A stretch of DNA of 62,019 nucleotides, the filler included, from Squatina squatina (taxonomy: Eukaryota): NCBI GenBank assembly GCA_031763465.1. It is 4 parts of 4 records of this genome, joined end to end, with 100 filler letters (N's around TTAATTAATTAA, not from the genome) between each part and the next. Parts side by side here need not be neighbours in the genome. Positions count along the whole stretch, not along the records: positions 1 to 14,851 come from JARFOE010000189.1; positions 14,952 to 33,034 come from JARFOE010000222.1; 2 more parts are not named here. One strand, given 5' to 3'. The first letter of the stretch is position 1; every line of letters begins with the position of its first letter. The notes below the pieces were generated by a model. The model had not been told where the DNA came from, made no database searches, and saw only the letters and a program-made list of their open reading frames with translations. The position numbers and the translations under genes are program-made. This document shows, in pieces, positions 13,174-26,647 of this stretch.

Positions 13174-14851
13174 ATGTATAATTAATTATTCCTTAGACTT
13201 TAAAACATACATCATTGCATTCATTGTGCCAATGAAGTTTCAGTTTATTCAGCAGACTAGTGAGTGTTAAATGTGTTGTGTTTCCCGACAGGTAAAGGCT
13301 ATATGTTACCTGTAATTGCAACAGATTTCTGCAGACTAACCATTTAATTTTAACTTTTTGTGAACTGTTTGATCTCATTGATTGTTTGACAATTTTTCGA
13401 GGCTTTGTTTTCAGAATCCAGCTGCATGACTGCCACATTCCACCTATAGACACGATTTGTACCTTTTTAAACATTTATTGTCCACACAATTTGAATCTGA
13501 ACCTCAACAGTAAAATAAAACTCACTGTTCAGTATTAGAGTATAAGACGAGTTAAAGGACTAATAAGCATAATCTGATTTACAGGCTATTCTTTAAATGT
13601 TTTTGGAAAATAATGAATTGGGGGGCGCAAGAGAGTTACATTTTTGTAGCACTGCTGCCATAAAATTGTTGCAAAGTACATCATATGTTACAGTAAGATT
13701 TATGAAAATCATTTGTCTTGAGCCCTTTCAGGCCATTCATATGCTGGGGCCTACCTGCGTCCAGGCATATCTATATATAGAAAGCTTACCCTCATCCTCG
13801 TCACTGTGGGCTAGGAAAACACTGGCTAAAGTGGGTAATGAGTTTTCTCCATGTTAGCACATTTCTGCTCATTCACATTTCACAGTCGTTCGGCTTTGTC
13901 TTGTAGCCACTTGCAGTCTTTTCCATGCAGAATAGTTTAATAGCACACAGCTGCATACCAGAGTTAAATATTTAGACACTTTAAGACCTGAATACAGATT
14001 GACAGTGTTAATCAGTGTGCTTCATGTCACCTTAATGGCGTTGTAAAAAAAATACTGGATCTGCTGCAGGGACTGAATTGATAGACTAGCGCTAAAGATA
14101 TAATTGATGCAGAACAGGTTAAAACTAGTTCAGTAAAGTGCAGATTGCAGAAATTCATCCATCACGCTATCATTTAAACTTTATTTTATGTCAGCTATCA
14201 TGTGATGATTTAAATCTCTTTCTAATGTCTTGAGGTAAGAATTTTGTGCGTGAAGAAAAATTGTGCCAGTAGCGGAATGACTAAATCGTAAGATTACTTG
14301 AACACTGTACATCAAATTATCAGCTCTTGGTGTTCAGATCCTGGGTACTAAATGATAAACTGTAGTTCAATCCAGTTTAATACTCTTTAAACTGAAGTAC
14401 AGGAACATTATGACTTGTCTTGGTAAAGTTAAACATTGCCTGTGATGTACAGCATCATCTTTGTAGGTGTTGCTCAGTAATGCAGATCTATCGCTGTTTG
14501 GATGGTAAGAAATGCCCAGAATCTAGAGTGCCATAAGAACAGTGTAGATTTATTCTTCTATTAGCCTGACACATTTTATTTGCAAAAATAAACTTTTTGA
14601 CTTATTTTTGCTATTGCATTTATGCAAACGGAATCCATTGCTAGCTGGAGAGGCGATGTCGCACTTTGAAAATAGATATTTAGGGCTGAAGAAGTCACTG
14701 CAGGAGTCACAGTGTGCAGCAATATTGGCAGGAATTTCCTGGGACTTCAGTGTCAAAGTAATCTTTAATATTGTAGTTACAGGTGCAAGATTAGTTGACA
14801 ATAACTGATAACTACTTTATTTACTAGTCACTAGTTGTTCAGAATCTTTTC

Positions 14852-14951
14852 NNNNNNNNNNNNNNNNNNNNNNNNNNNNNNNNNNNNNNNNNNNNTTAAT
14901 TAATTAANNNNNNNNNNNNNNNNNNNNNNNNNNNNNNNNNNNNNNNNNNNN
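14852..14951. other. Artificial scaffold linker (44N + TTAATTAATTAA + 44N)
   Basis: Six-frame stop spacer at 14896-14907 inside exactly 100 nt; identical structure recurs twice more. Confidence 0.95.
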
Positions 14952-15505
14952 TGTGATCTGTACCAAGAAAATCAGGCTTTTCGCACCAAATCAATTAGAT
15001 TTTAATAGTTCCAAGATGATGGGCAGAGTTACTACAACTTTAGCTAATGCCAAGTATCAGTGTTCAAAATAGAATGTTGTCTATGCTAAATAGTTGTAAT
15101 CTGAGGCGCCACTGGATCATGGCCACTTCCTTTGCTGAAATTTGTATTTATGTTGAAAAAAATGTTGACATCAATAAAGCTCAACAAATTAGTCTGATGA
15201 AACTTAGTTTTCTTTTTAAGTTTCAGTTTTATGTTTCCGTATGTACAAACCATAAGCAAACCACAGATAAAGCTGGCAATCATCTTGAGTCCATCTGTGT
15301 CCAGTTCTCCTATCTTGTTAATGTGTTTGGCATTTTCACTGCTTCGCCATGCCTCACTAGTTTGTTTATAGATAAGAAATTAATATTTCAAAAGGCCACA
15401 TCATCTGCAAACTTGCATGTCTCTATTATGAATACAGTTGTAGACTGTTGTTTTGAACTAGTGGTATGCATTCAGAAACAATAAATAGAATGGTGATGTG
15501 AACAG

Positions 15506-15670
15506 TGTTGTCAGGTGAAGAGAGTGCAGGAAGTGACCAGCCATTATCATCTGAAGACAGGCTTCCAATCAGACGGTCTCGCACAAGGGACAAAAACAGA
15601 AGAGGGGGAACGTGTTTGTTGCTGACAACAGGTGATTATGCGTGTACTACTGATGGAGGGATCAGGAAAG
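15506..15670 (+). CDS. KCNC2: Kv3.2 potassium channel, shared penultimate coding exon (165 nt, phase 1-1)
   Basis: aacag|…|gtacgc; (V)[54 protein letters not shown], versus human [55 protein letters not shown]. Confidence 0.93.
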
Positions 15671-16021
15671 GTACGCAATTCTACTTAGAAAGCTAAAACG
15701 AAGTTTTGAAATTAATTGCATAAGCTAATTTAGAAACCGTGGTGCATTTTTCATATCATTCTTTTCTGTGCAGTCATTTTTCTTGTAATGCATTAACTAA
15801 TGAACATCCTGGTATACATTTTTAACTGTATGTTTGTGTATGTTTTGAATTTAATCAAATTAACTGTCAGTTCTCACACATAAAAGTCCATTAATGCCTC
15901 AATTAAAATAGTGCATCAGGANNNNNNNNNNNNNNNNNNNNNNNNNNNNNNNNNNNNNNNNNNNNNNNNNNNNNNNNNNNNNNNNNNNNNNNNNNNNNNN
16001 NNNNNNNNNNNNNNNNNNNNN

Positions 16022-16110
16022 AGTACTGAGGGAGCGCCGCACTGTCGGAGGGGCAGTACTGAGGGAGCGCCGCACTGTCGGAGGGGCAGTACTGAGTGGA
16101 TGCTACAATG
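16022..16110 (+). repeat. 33-bp tandem repeat derived from the SINE core
   Basis: agtactgagggagcgccgcactgtcggaggggc twice exactly (16022-16054, 16055-16087) plus a diverged third unit; runs into a gap. Confidence 0.9.
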
Positions 16111-16425
16111 TCAGATGGGCCATCTTTCCGATGAGATGTTAAACTGAGTCCCCGTCTGCCCTCTCTGGTGGACGTAAAAGATCCCACGGCACTATCCGAA
16201 GAAGAGCAGGGGAGTTCTCCCTGGTGCCCAGCTCAATGTTAATCCCTCAACCAACATCACTAAAATAGACGTTCACATAGCTGTTTGTGGGAGCTTGCTG
16301 TGCGCAGATTTTGCTGCTGTGTTTCCCAGATTTCAACAGTGACCACACTTCAAAGGTACTTCATGGGCTATGAAGCTTGTTGGGACGTCCTTGGGTCATT
16401 TAAGGCGCTGTGGACATGCTTATTT
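16022..16425 (+). mobile_element. Deu-domain SINE in KCNC2 intron
   Basis: Same core and tail as 7090-7500. Confidence 0.8.
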
Positions 16426-16980
16426 ATCTGACAGTGGCTGAGAAATGTGCCAAAAATTCACCTGCTCGAGTAAATCTTGAGACCCATGCCCTTCAATTCG
16501 CTTTGAAATTGGCTTTGCAGACAGTTTTTAGCCAAACAAATTTTGTTTCTCTTATTTGCCTTTACCTCAGTATACTTATTAAGTAAAAGATGCGAACTGT
16601 AAGTTTCTAATTTCTATACAATGAAGTAGTTCCAAAAGCTATTAAATTATGTAAGTGCGTATCTGTTTGTATATGTTGACCATATTTTCTCCAGTGGTCA
16701 GAATTAACCATATTTTAAAAATTACTACAAATGGTTAGTGTCCTTTTAACAGTTAGAAATGTAATGCCCTTTGTGCTCTATTTGAGCACACTAGTTAATA
16801 TGTTTATACTAAATTCCTCTCTGCACTATTTTAGCACGTTCATTAATGCATTTTGGCACCAAGGGAACTACAAACCCCAGTTCACTCTTAAAGTGACAGT
16901 TTATAAACAAACCAGCTTGTAGTAAAGAAAAGCACATTTGATTGCATTGCATTTTGTAATGTTGTTTTCATGGCTGTTAA

Positions 16981-17157
<177 letters not shown>

Positions 17158-18078
17158 ACAAACTTAGAATAATTTATTCAAGTTACCTTCTACCGCATTA
17201 TAATATAATTAAGACAGCAGCTTTAAGTGTAGACCTACTAGTAAGACTTAAAACCTGCATGATATAACTGTAAATATAAAGATATTGCATTAGCTCAAGT
17301 TTCTNNNNNNNNNNNNNNNNNNNNNNNNNNNNNNNNNNNNNNNNCATATGTTAATTTTATTGCATTACTGTTGCAAACTAAGGGCATTTAGAAGATCTGC
17401 TTAGCCACTATGTTCAATGACAAGTGTTTTTCAGGGAGATACTGAACACAAATATGTGCTTCCAAATGATATCACTCCATTGGAACTTCATTTCTGTGAC
17501 TTTGATCCATTTCGAAGATGTCTTGACTTCTGTCTGAGTCCACGCAATGTGGCTTGGGTTAAATCATTTGCATGGAACATTCTGTCTCATCGTCTGCAAG
17601 CAATGTGCACTTTCTGGGACGTGGATGGCTCTGGATATATGTGTGTATTGCACCATTATTACATGTAACAGTAATCAATGAGAACTGAATATCAGAATTG
17701 TATTTTCAAAATGGCAAGTGTGTGTTGTGTAGCTCTCTTTCTGGTACTGAAAGATCCATTCCTTGTGTGTCATCTTGGAAATTTCTAGCACCTGCCAAAA
17801 ATGAAATTGTATGACTCAGAAAAGAGACAGATACTGAGACCTACAGGTCTAATCACTTTCCAGTTAACAGCCAGCCAGCAATTCTGAATTAGCAAGATTG
17901 AAAAACAGTTCCCACTANNNNNNNNNNNNNNNNNNNNNNNNNNNNNNNNNNNNNNNNNNNNNNNNNNNNNNNNNNNNNNNNNNNNNNNNNNNNNNNNNNN
18001 NNNNNNNNNNNNNNNNNCTGTAGAGCAGATGAGTAATGAAGTGTATAGAACTGAGTGTTTCCGATTGTTTACATGCAG

Positions 18079-18140
18079 ATAACTGCAAAGATGTTGTCTT
18101 TACTGGTTACACGCAAGCAGAGACAAGCGCTCATTCTTAA
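18079..18140 (+). CDS. KCNC2: KCNC2 alternative terminal exon, Kv3.2a-type
   Basis: ttgtttacatgcag| then (D)NCKDVVFTGYTQAETSAHS*, versus mammalian Kv3.2a DNCKEVVITGYTQAEARSLT*. Confidence 0.9.
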
Positions 18141-19150
18141 TGACTTCAGGAAGGCACAAACATGAAAAGAGGTAACATATCCATCATCTGGGGTAACATT
18201 TCAGTCCAACAAGAAATGCCTAGCTGGTTTAACTGAAACCATACTGGACATCCATATTCATGTCTTAATTATCAACATATATATGTACCTGTTAACTAGA
18301 TGAGTTACTATGTGTATATAGTTCTATTCCTATACGCATGATCTGCATGATAATTTCTTGTAAAATATGTATCAATGGAAATATACATTTCTGATATTTA
18401 GAGATGTACATTGTTCAATTTTGTTAACATCTTCAGCAAATATATTTATTTTAAAGATTTCAGCAATGGATTTAATATAATATTGGTGCTGCTGTTACTG
18501 ACTGCAGTGTTATACTGGCATCAAGGATTTTAGACTTTTGAAAAGGTAAAGGGATTTTAGCCATAATATGGATTTTTCTGGACAAACACTGCATATGAAG
18601 TGGTGTTAAGCACAGCTTGTCTCAGAAGTGTCATTGGTAAGATTTAAATTGAGTTTAAAATATCATTTAATAAATGTAAGTATNNNNNNNNNNNNNNNNN
18701 NNNNNNNNNNNNNNNNNNNNNNNNNNNNNNNNNNNNNNNNNNNNNNNNNNNNNNNNNNNNNNNNNNNNNNNNNNNNNNNNNNNNNNNNNNNNNNNNNNNN
18801 NNNNNNNNNNNNNNNNNNNNNNNNNNNNNNNNNNNNNNNNNNNNNNNNNNNNNNNNNNNNNNNNNNNNNNNNNNNNNNNNNNNNNNAGTCTACACTTTAG
18901 TGCTTTAGACATGTACAAGCACGCAATTACAGGAAACATTGCTGGAATAAAAATTTAAAAATCATCTGACATTTAATCATATCCATCTTGAATTATTTTC
19001 TGCTATTTTTGTGAAGTCGTTAATATAAAATATTTTTGTGCAATTTTGTTACAACCTATTGTTATTGTTCAATATTTTATGTTTGTGAACATATGAACAT
19101 ATTAAACATTTATTTTTTAATTTACTGTATGTTTTGTGGTCTGTAATGTA
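18141..19150 (+). other. KCNC2: Probable KCNC2 3' UTR with poly(A) signal candidates
   Basis: AU-rich, repeat-free; AATAAA near 18669 and 18946, ATTAAA at 19101 followed by a U/GU-rich tract. Confidence 0.5.
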
Positions 19151-22100
19151 CATGATATGGGTACAGTCTGCAAATCCTTAAACTATTTATCTCAGATTCA
19201 TAGTACAGTAGTACCAAAGGTAAGATAATGGATGAGAAAATGTCATTCCTTGTTAATCACATAAAATAACTGAACTGCATAGTCCTATTTCTAATAGATG
19301 AAATAAAAAAGCTTGTTATGTTCTAGTATCACATTACGTAGGCCAAAGGAAGACCTAACTTGATAACATTAACGCTTTTTAATGTTATTTTAAATCACAG
19401 CACTGCCAGAATATAAATGGAGTATATGCATTAGGCATCTATTGGGTACAATGTTCAACCAGCAAGCAGGCTAAATGATATATGCATGAAAAGCTCTAAG
19501 TTTGTTATAAGTCAACTATCAGAAGTATCAACAGAAATAAAGATAAATTTCTCTTTGATTAGAATAGTTTCAAAAATAGAAATAAAATTGAGATAGATTT
19601 ACCGTGGGGCTTTAGTGATATGGCACTTTACAGCAATGTGATGTGGATATCTCAAAGCAAAATAATTGGTTCTGTCACTATTGTTATGGCTGTGACTGCA
19701 GAAAATGTTCCCGTTGGTTAGTTNNNNNNNNNNNNNNNNNNNNNNNNNNNNNNNNNNNNNNNNNNNNNNNNNNNNNNNNNNNNNNNNNNNNNNNNNNNNN
19801 NNNNNNNNNNNNNNNNNNNNNNNGAACCATGACACCTTATCCATGTCTTATTATTTGACCAATTTTCCTGCAGTGGAATATTGGATTTTTAATATGCTGA
19901 TTAAAATGCATCTCGAGAGGTTCGGGAGTGCAAGCTAACAGCCATAGTTGAATTAAAATTAGTTACAGAGAGGATGGTACATTTGATACACTTTTACATG
20001 GGGCTGAACTAAGGGTCGAAGTGACACCTCTTTGCATAATTTAATTTCTACTATTCCTGCAACCCTATAAAATAACAAATTCTGTTCATCACCTTCTGCC
20101 GGGATAATAGAGGTGCAATGGAAGCATTTTATCCAGTTCCATTTCATTTGATTAAAGGAACAAAAAAACAGATCGTATTATACCTTTTGCTATCTATCCA
20201 CTGGTATAAAAACAGATGTGCTAATTTAATTAATTGCTTCTGCATGGACTGTGGAGTGGTGTAATTTTAAGAAGTGTAATTTTATATAATTTGTTCCTTC
20301 ATCTCCAACACTGCCGATTACATTTTTCAGTTTAGAGCCAATTGCTTCTTAGGTTTTGAGGCACTTACTGCGTGAACATTTGCATGGCTTAAAAGAATAT
20401 GTCACAGTCATATCTCTGTATCTGTGAATATATTTTTCAAAATGTTACACTGTCCTTGCATCGAATTCTCAAATGCCTTGGAACATTTTGCTTCACTGAA
20501 GGTGCTATATAAATGTAAGTTACTGTCATTGTTTACATTTTGTCGTGGCAGTACATTGTTAGTACACAGATTACAAAAACATATTTAATTTATTTTTTAA
20601 ACAGAGAAAAACTGCAGAAAGCTGCATCANNNNNNNNNNNNNNNNNNNNNNNNNNNNNNNNNNNNNNNNNNNNNNNNNNNNNNNNNNNNNNNNNNNNNNN
20701 NNNNNNNNNNNNNNNNNNNNNNNNNNNNNCTGCAACTTAACCACTTTGCTTCAGAGTCCCCTACTATTTTACATCTATTGGCAGTCATGCTTATTTAATG
20801 CAGATAACTGATGTCTGTATGTACTTCCTGTTGCCACATTTGTTTTTGTATTAACTTGTCCCCATTTATAGTAGAATCTAGCTATTTAAAGTGGTGCTGT
20901 AATTACACCCTCCCACCAGCATTGACACTGTAGTGCCCAGATTTGCATCTCCTAGCTCATCGGCCTGTACTGCAGAGAAACAGCTAACCAACTCTACTTG
21001 TCTGCTTTACAAATTGCCATCAGTTTTACTACTTATCTATAAACGATCATACCCAATCAAATATAAAAATAAGGACAAGAATTTATGACTTTAAATTGGA
21101 GACTGAATTACACTCCCTCACCCAAATATCTCCCAGCCTCTAAGCCCCTTCACATGAAAACTGCGTTTGGTTTTCACTTTCCATGTACAGCACTACTAGA
21201 GATCAACTAGCTATCGGCATGTACTCTAATTCCAGTAATTTATTCCTAAGGCACCTTGCAGAGGTTGCACATTACTAACTGTATGTCCGTGCATTTCTGA
21301 ATAGAATATATGTTTGGATTTAGTTTTGTTTCCGTTTTCCTTTCAATGTATTCTCTCAGATTTTATAAAATAAAATTGTATTATTATTATTCCATCCATC
21401 TTGCCTTCAGGAGCTCTAGCTTCCATTTAAATTCAGTCAGAACTTATTTGAATACTGAAGCTATTGCCATTCAGGGACTGTTGAACTATAACTGAGGATA
21501 TTTTCACGGTCTCATAATGATGTGTTCTCTTGTCACCCTAGATTTAACTACAAGTGCGTACTGAGTAAACAACCTCGGCCTGGATTTCTCTCTTGGGAGG
21601 CAGTAGCAGGTTTATTGCTGATGATCTCAAGAAGCAATGCTACTCTTACCCGATTTGCTTCTCTTCCTCTCCAGTCATGTTTCATTACTTAAATATTTGC
21701 TCAAGGGATTTTAGTTGTTGAGACAACCATTTTTCGTTGCCAATGTTCACAAAGTGGAAGCATGGGAAAATTCACGTGAGAGGCGAAGAAGGCTAAGTTT
21801 ATAGTTCAGAGATTTTCATTGGGCAAAAGCTTCCNNNNNNNNNNNNNNNNNNNNNNNNNNNNNNNNNNNNNNNNNNNNNNNNNNNNNNNNNNNNNNNNNN
21901 NNNNNNNNNNNNNNNNNNNNNNNNNNNNNNNNNNCTGAATAATTAATACCATTCTGTCTCTATAATGTATTGTTCGTACCCATTATTCAAATTGGCAAGT
22001 TCACCTTCTACTGAATAAATTATTTTCCAAAATGTGTTGCAGTCAATTTCGTCATTTCAGTGCTAATGGACCTCCATCATCCTGAAGGCCCCAATAACAA

Positions 22101-22819
22101 TTCCCAATCTGTTTCCAAATAGAAAGCACTATCCTTCTGGGCTGTTAAAAGAGAACTGACTTTTAGTACTCTTACTGGGAAGCATGGAGTAAAGAACAGA
22201 ATGCTAATGTTAACTGTGATTCTTTGTAACTGATGAATTTTTACAAGGAGTTCCAATGGTAGTCTTCAACCTAGGGCTGATAAACCAGCTTGTGATATCT
22301 AATATGAACATTTAGCAGATCTGCTGGTTGTCTTTAGCAAATGTGAAGTCTTAACAATGATTGATGTGATTGTTAGCCAATAGAATTTGAAGAACAATTT
22401 TAAACAGTAGTATCCTGTACTGCATTTGAAGAAAAACAAATCATACCCCAAGGACTAGTTGCAGTCATCACTAAACCATGATCAATACATACCACAGACC
22501 ACTGGGTAATGCAGTTGCTTATATTCGATCACCAGTATAAAAATTCAAAATTTATTCCTGTAATTCCAGAGCAGACATTANNNNNNNNNNNNNNNNNNNN
22601 NNNNNNNNNNNNNNNNNNNNNNNNNNNNNNNNNNNNNNNNNNNNNNNNNNNNNNNNNNNNNNNNNNNNNNNNNNNNNNNNTGTGTGTCAATGTATTATGC
22701 AATGAAATCTCGAAACAGAGACCCTGAAATCATCACCACGACATAAAACTTGAAGAAAAATATATTAGTAAAAATGTTAACTTAATAAATATACCAGCTA
22801 TGGTACAAAACTGAGGCCA

Positions 22820-23232
22820 TTTATCCTCCTCTTCCCATCTGCAGGTCGTAGCACATGTTGGTTTCAGTTCAATAGTGCCAACACCCCTCCAGTACCTCAT
22901 CCAAGTGACCATTTCTTCATCAGTGAATCTCAACATTGAGGGGGAGAAATTTGGGAGCACCCAAATTTATCGGCCTACGGGTCTGTGGCCATTCAATTGT
23001 GGTGGACATCACAACCGAGCCTGGTGCTGTACTCATCCAATGTGTACTTTCCAACAAGGGTCATAAAATAGGGATCTGGAGCAGGAGGTTTAACGGCTTT
23101 TCTCATTCCTTCATCTGAGGATGTTCGAGCTGATCATGGAGCCCCTGCTGCTGCCATAGCTATGATAGCAGACACCTGGGATTGAACCATGGGATCTTTG
23201 TGCCCAGAACCACTTAGCCCATGAGCTATTGA
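22820..23232 (-). mobile_element. Ancient SINE, AmnSINE2-like
   Basis: Reverse complement resembles 9545-9915 and includes a B-box-like ggttcaatccc. Confidence 0.5.
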
Positions 23233-24609
23233 GTGGAACCACCAAATATTTTCTAAATCAACAAGAAAGAATTAAGACTCAAAAATTGCTGTAGATCAGC
23301 TGCCATGTAAAATGTAGGGTCAGTGAATGATGATGCTTGACTCAGAATTGTACTGGTTAAAGGAAAGCATAATATTGACATTATGTAGTGAAGAGTTCTT
23401 TGACCTGAATTATATGTCATGTTTATATAGATTGCACGAGTATTTAAGCAAAAAATTAGTTTCCTTTTTTGACTAATCCAGATATTTATTCCAATGTTTG
23501 CTCCAGTGACTGAGTCAGCNNNNNNNNNNNNNNNNNNNNNNNNNNNNNNNNNNNNNNNNNNNNNNNNNNNNNNNNNNNNNNNNNNNNNNNNNNNNNNNNN
23601 NNNNNNNNNNNNNNNNNNNATTTCGGGGGAGATTTATTACAAATCTTTTCATTAAAGGTGTGACCGCTCCGCCGGTCCCCCCCCCCCCCCCACCACCCCA
23701 CATACCATAGCCCAGCACCTTCTCCCGCCTACAACAGTAGAGACTTAATGCAAATGCTAATCTTAGCTCTGACTCGCCGTGAGCAATGCCATGGGACATC
23801 TGGTAGTAGTTAAGAAACTAATTCCATTGACAAGTGTGCCATGACAGAGTTGTGGTTGTTCAATTTGGCTGTCCTTGCTCAACCTTCTATCCCAACATTG
23901 CTACTTTCCCCTCCAGTCATGATCTGCAAACAAATGCAAGACCTTGAAACAAACTTTAACCAAATGTAATTACTGGAGTGTTCTCTGGGACTCATCAGTT
24001 CTGTATGAGAGCCTGCAGTCTAATTTCTGGCTTTAAACACAGACCTAAGAATGCAGGTCATTTGCAGGATGTCCTTGGCGTTGTGTGGTTCTGTTTAACA
24101 ATCCATTTTTCACGATAGATTAAATTTTGTCAATGAAAGTGCCAAAAAAAAATAACAGTGACACACAGCAAAGCTGAAAGAACTTTGAAATATCCCTGTG
24201 TTCTTCAGGGTATTGTGCATCCATTCTTTTCACAGTGGGTACTGAATGCTAGTGCTACAGTCTAAGCTAGCCTCCATCTCAGATTCAAGTAATGGCTCCA
24301 TGCAAAGCTCAGAATCCAAGGGACAACTTTTGAGTCATAATTTTCCTTTGGGCAAAAGATGACTGAATCTGATGACTGATTTTGCTGACTTTCCCACAAG
24401 CCACATTAATGCGTATTAATCCTTAAACCAGAAAACAACTTTTTATGCCATTGTCTCAGATTTAGGTATAAATCATGCTGTAAGCCTTCTTACATTGTCA
24501 CATTGGTGCAAATTTTCTCATCATTTGCAGTATATTATTGGGATATAAAAAGAGCAGATTAATATTGGTGTATAAAAGGTCATTTTTATAGTGAGTAAGT
24601 TCAGGTGGA

Positions 24610-25200
24610 AGTAGTTTCTTCCACTTGAACGCCGTTAAAATCCTTCCCCCGGAGTTTCCTCACACTTTTGAGCCTTCCTGCACTCTGCCTCAGTCCCCAT
24701 TGACCTAATTTGCATTTGTCAGAGTTTGAAGCAGTGGCACAGCAGCTGCAGGTTGCCAGGGCTCCTATTGCCATTGCACACTGGGAAGCCTTTACTTTAT
24801 TTGGTGAAGCAGCTGCCAGGATCAGCTGATACAGATGGAAGTGAAGAGGCTGGACATTTTGAGCACAGATTACTGCAGCTGGGAAATTCTCTTTCAAGCT
24901 TTTTAAAGAGCTTGCACACACCTAGACTTGCTGTTCACTGCTTCTCACAGGGTCAGACCGCCTGCAGATTTCCCAACCCCACACTCCCTAGCCATGCTCC
25001 CTTATATGCTATAATCATGAAGGAGGAGGAGCGCCACAGGATGGAGCAAAGACGACTCCGACACCATTTACTGCAATGAGGTATTGCAGCACATCTCACT
25101 GCTGATGTCTTCTCTTCTGTGGAGCAAGTCTACCTTTGACATCAAAGCCCTCCCTCCTTCTCCCCCACTTTCAAATAAAAAAGATATTCCCTCAAACACC
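24610..25200 (+). mobile_element. Harbinger-derived element remnant
   Basis: Degraded transposase-leader-like segment (…MKEEERHRMEQRRLR…) similar in layout to 39055 and 56040. Confidence 0.35.
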
Positions 25201-25264
25201 CATCTTACCACATTCCAAATCGTGATCCCTTTTTATCTCTATATGACTGTGTCAATCACCATCA

Positions 25265-25602
25265 CCTAGGTGAAGGCGTCAGTGCCACATAAGTGCACTT
25301 ATAAGTGCACAAACCGGTGACCCCTACTACCTAGAAGCACAAGGGCACTAGGTGCATGAAAACACCACCACCCCCGAGTTCCCCTCCAAGTCACACACCA
25401 TCCAGACTTGGACATATATTGGAGTTCCTTCATTGGTGCTGGATCAAAATCCTGGCACTCCCTCCCTAACAGCACTGTGGAAGTACCTTCCCACACAGAT
25501 TGCAGCGGCTCATCGCCACTTCCTCGAGGGAATTTGGGATGGCCAATAAATGCTGGCGTTGCCAGTGATGCCCACATCCCAGGAGTGAATAAATAAAAAA
25601 AG
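25265..25602 (+). mobile_element. LINE (CR1/L2-group) 3' end with A-rich tail
   Basis: 'cacaccatccagacttggacatatat…tcaaaatcctggcactccctccctaacagcactgtgg…gggatggccaataaatgctggcgttgccagtgatgcccacatccc…gaataaataaaaaa'. Confidence 0.7.
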
Positions 25603-26502
25603 ATTTTTTTTAAAAACCTCTATCCTGGATAATTCTTAACTCCATCAATAAAAAAACACCAAGTTATTGCACAGGCTGTTTTATTACAGCGAATTCCAAA
25701 GTGCACACAATGAACCTACAATTTTTTAAACAGTATTCTTCCTCTAAATGCCTAGATGTGGCTTTCTTTTTAAAAGATAACTGCAGCTCCTTTGATGGAC
25801 AACCTGCCCTCTCGCCCACCGCTCCACACCGTCGTTTTTCAATTCCTGGTGGGAGGCCCAATCTGATTGCTCACAGTCCATATATAATCAGGGCTGATCC
25901 TGGAAGATTGGGCAGGATTAGCCTTTCCTATATTGTGCAAGCATAGAGCTCAGAACACACCGGTCCCGCAGCCCAAGTGGAGGGGCTGCAAAATCTACAT
26001 TATCATTTCCCGCAACAGTGATAGGAAGGTCAACTTTAACATTGCATCTGGGCTGCAGTAATTTAATACCAATTCTGGTAACTGTTGGTCTATAATTTTC
26101 TTTACATTTGTCTTGTTTCCGCCATGTGGTGTGATATGCTATCCTCCAGCAACTTTTTCAAATTTAAATCGAAAGCTATAGAAAGGATCATGCAACGATC
26201 CGAGCTTTTCTGCCATTTTCTGTATAAAATGGCAGGAAGGTGATGCGTGAACTTGGCCACAGTATATTTGTTGTAAGTTATGCATAATGATTAAGGGACA
26301 AATGTATTCACTCCGCATCAGAAAGTTTTGGATGTCAACAATTTCCTGACTTTCTATTCTTTCCCCTCCCCCCAACACCCGGCCCCCAAAAACCTTTCTC
26401 AGTTCCTGGTGAGAGGCCCAATCCAGGTTGACCCCCAACAGTGGGTCCATCATTGCAATTCCAAAAGGAGACTTATGATAAATGTCAGGTTCATAATTCA
26501 GT

Positions 26503-26647
26503 AGAAAGAAAAAAGAAAGACTTGCATTTATATAGCGCCTTTCACGGCCACCGTACGTCTCAAAGAGCTTTACAGCCAATGAAGTACTTTTTTTGAAGTA
26601 CAACCACTGTTGCAACGTAGGAAGCGCAGCAGCCAGTTTGCGTGCAG
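26503..26647 (-). mobile_element. Deu-SINE 3' tail
   Basis: aaagaaagacttgcatttatatagcgcctttcac…ctttacagccaatgaagtac is the reverse complement of the SINE tail. Confidence 0.85.

Noticed and set aside
14896-14907. TTAATTAATTAA as a biological motif or piggyBac footprint
   Set aside because: Always centred in exactly 44+44 N; an assembly linker.
15047-15484. 145-aa ORF upstream of the KCNC2 exon as the pore exon
   Set aside because: No GYG pore or S4 motif; looks like AT-rich intron.
16022-16110. 33-bp repeats as a CRISPR array
   Set aside because: Head-to-tail with no spacers, SINE-derived, eukaryotic context, no cas genes.
23676-23700. Poly-C tract / G-quadruplex
   Set aside because: Simple low-complexity run near a contig end; no supporting context.
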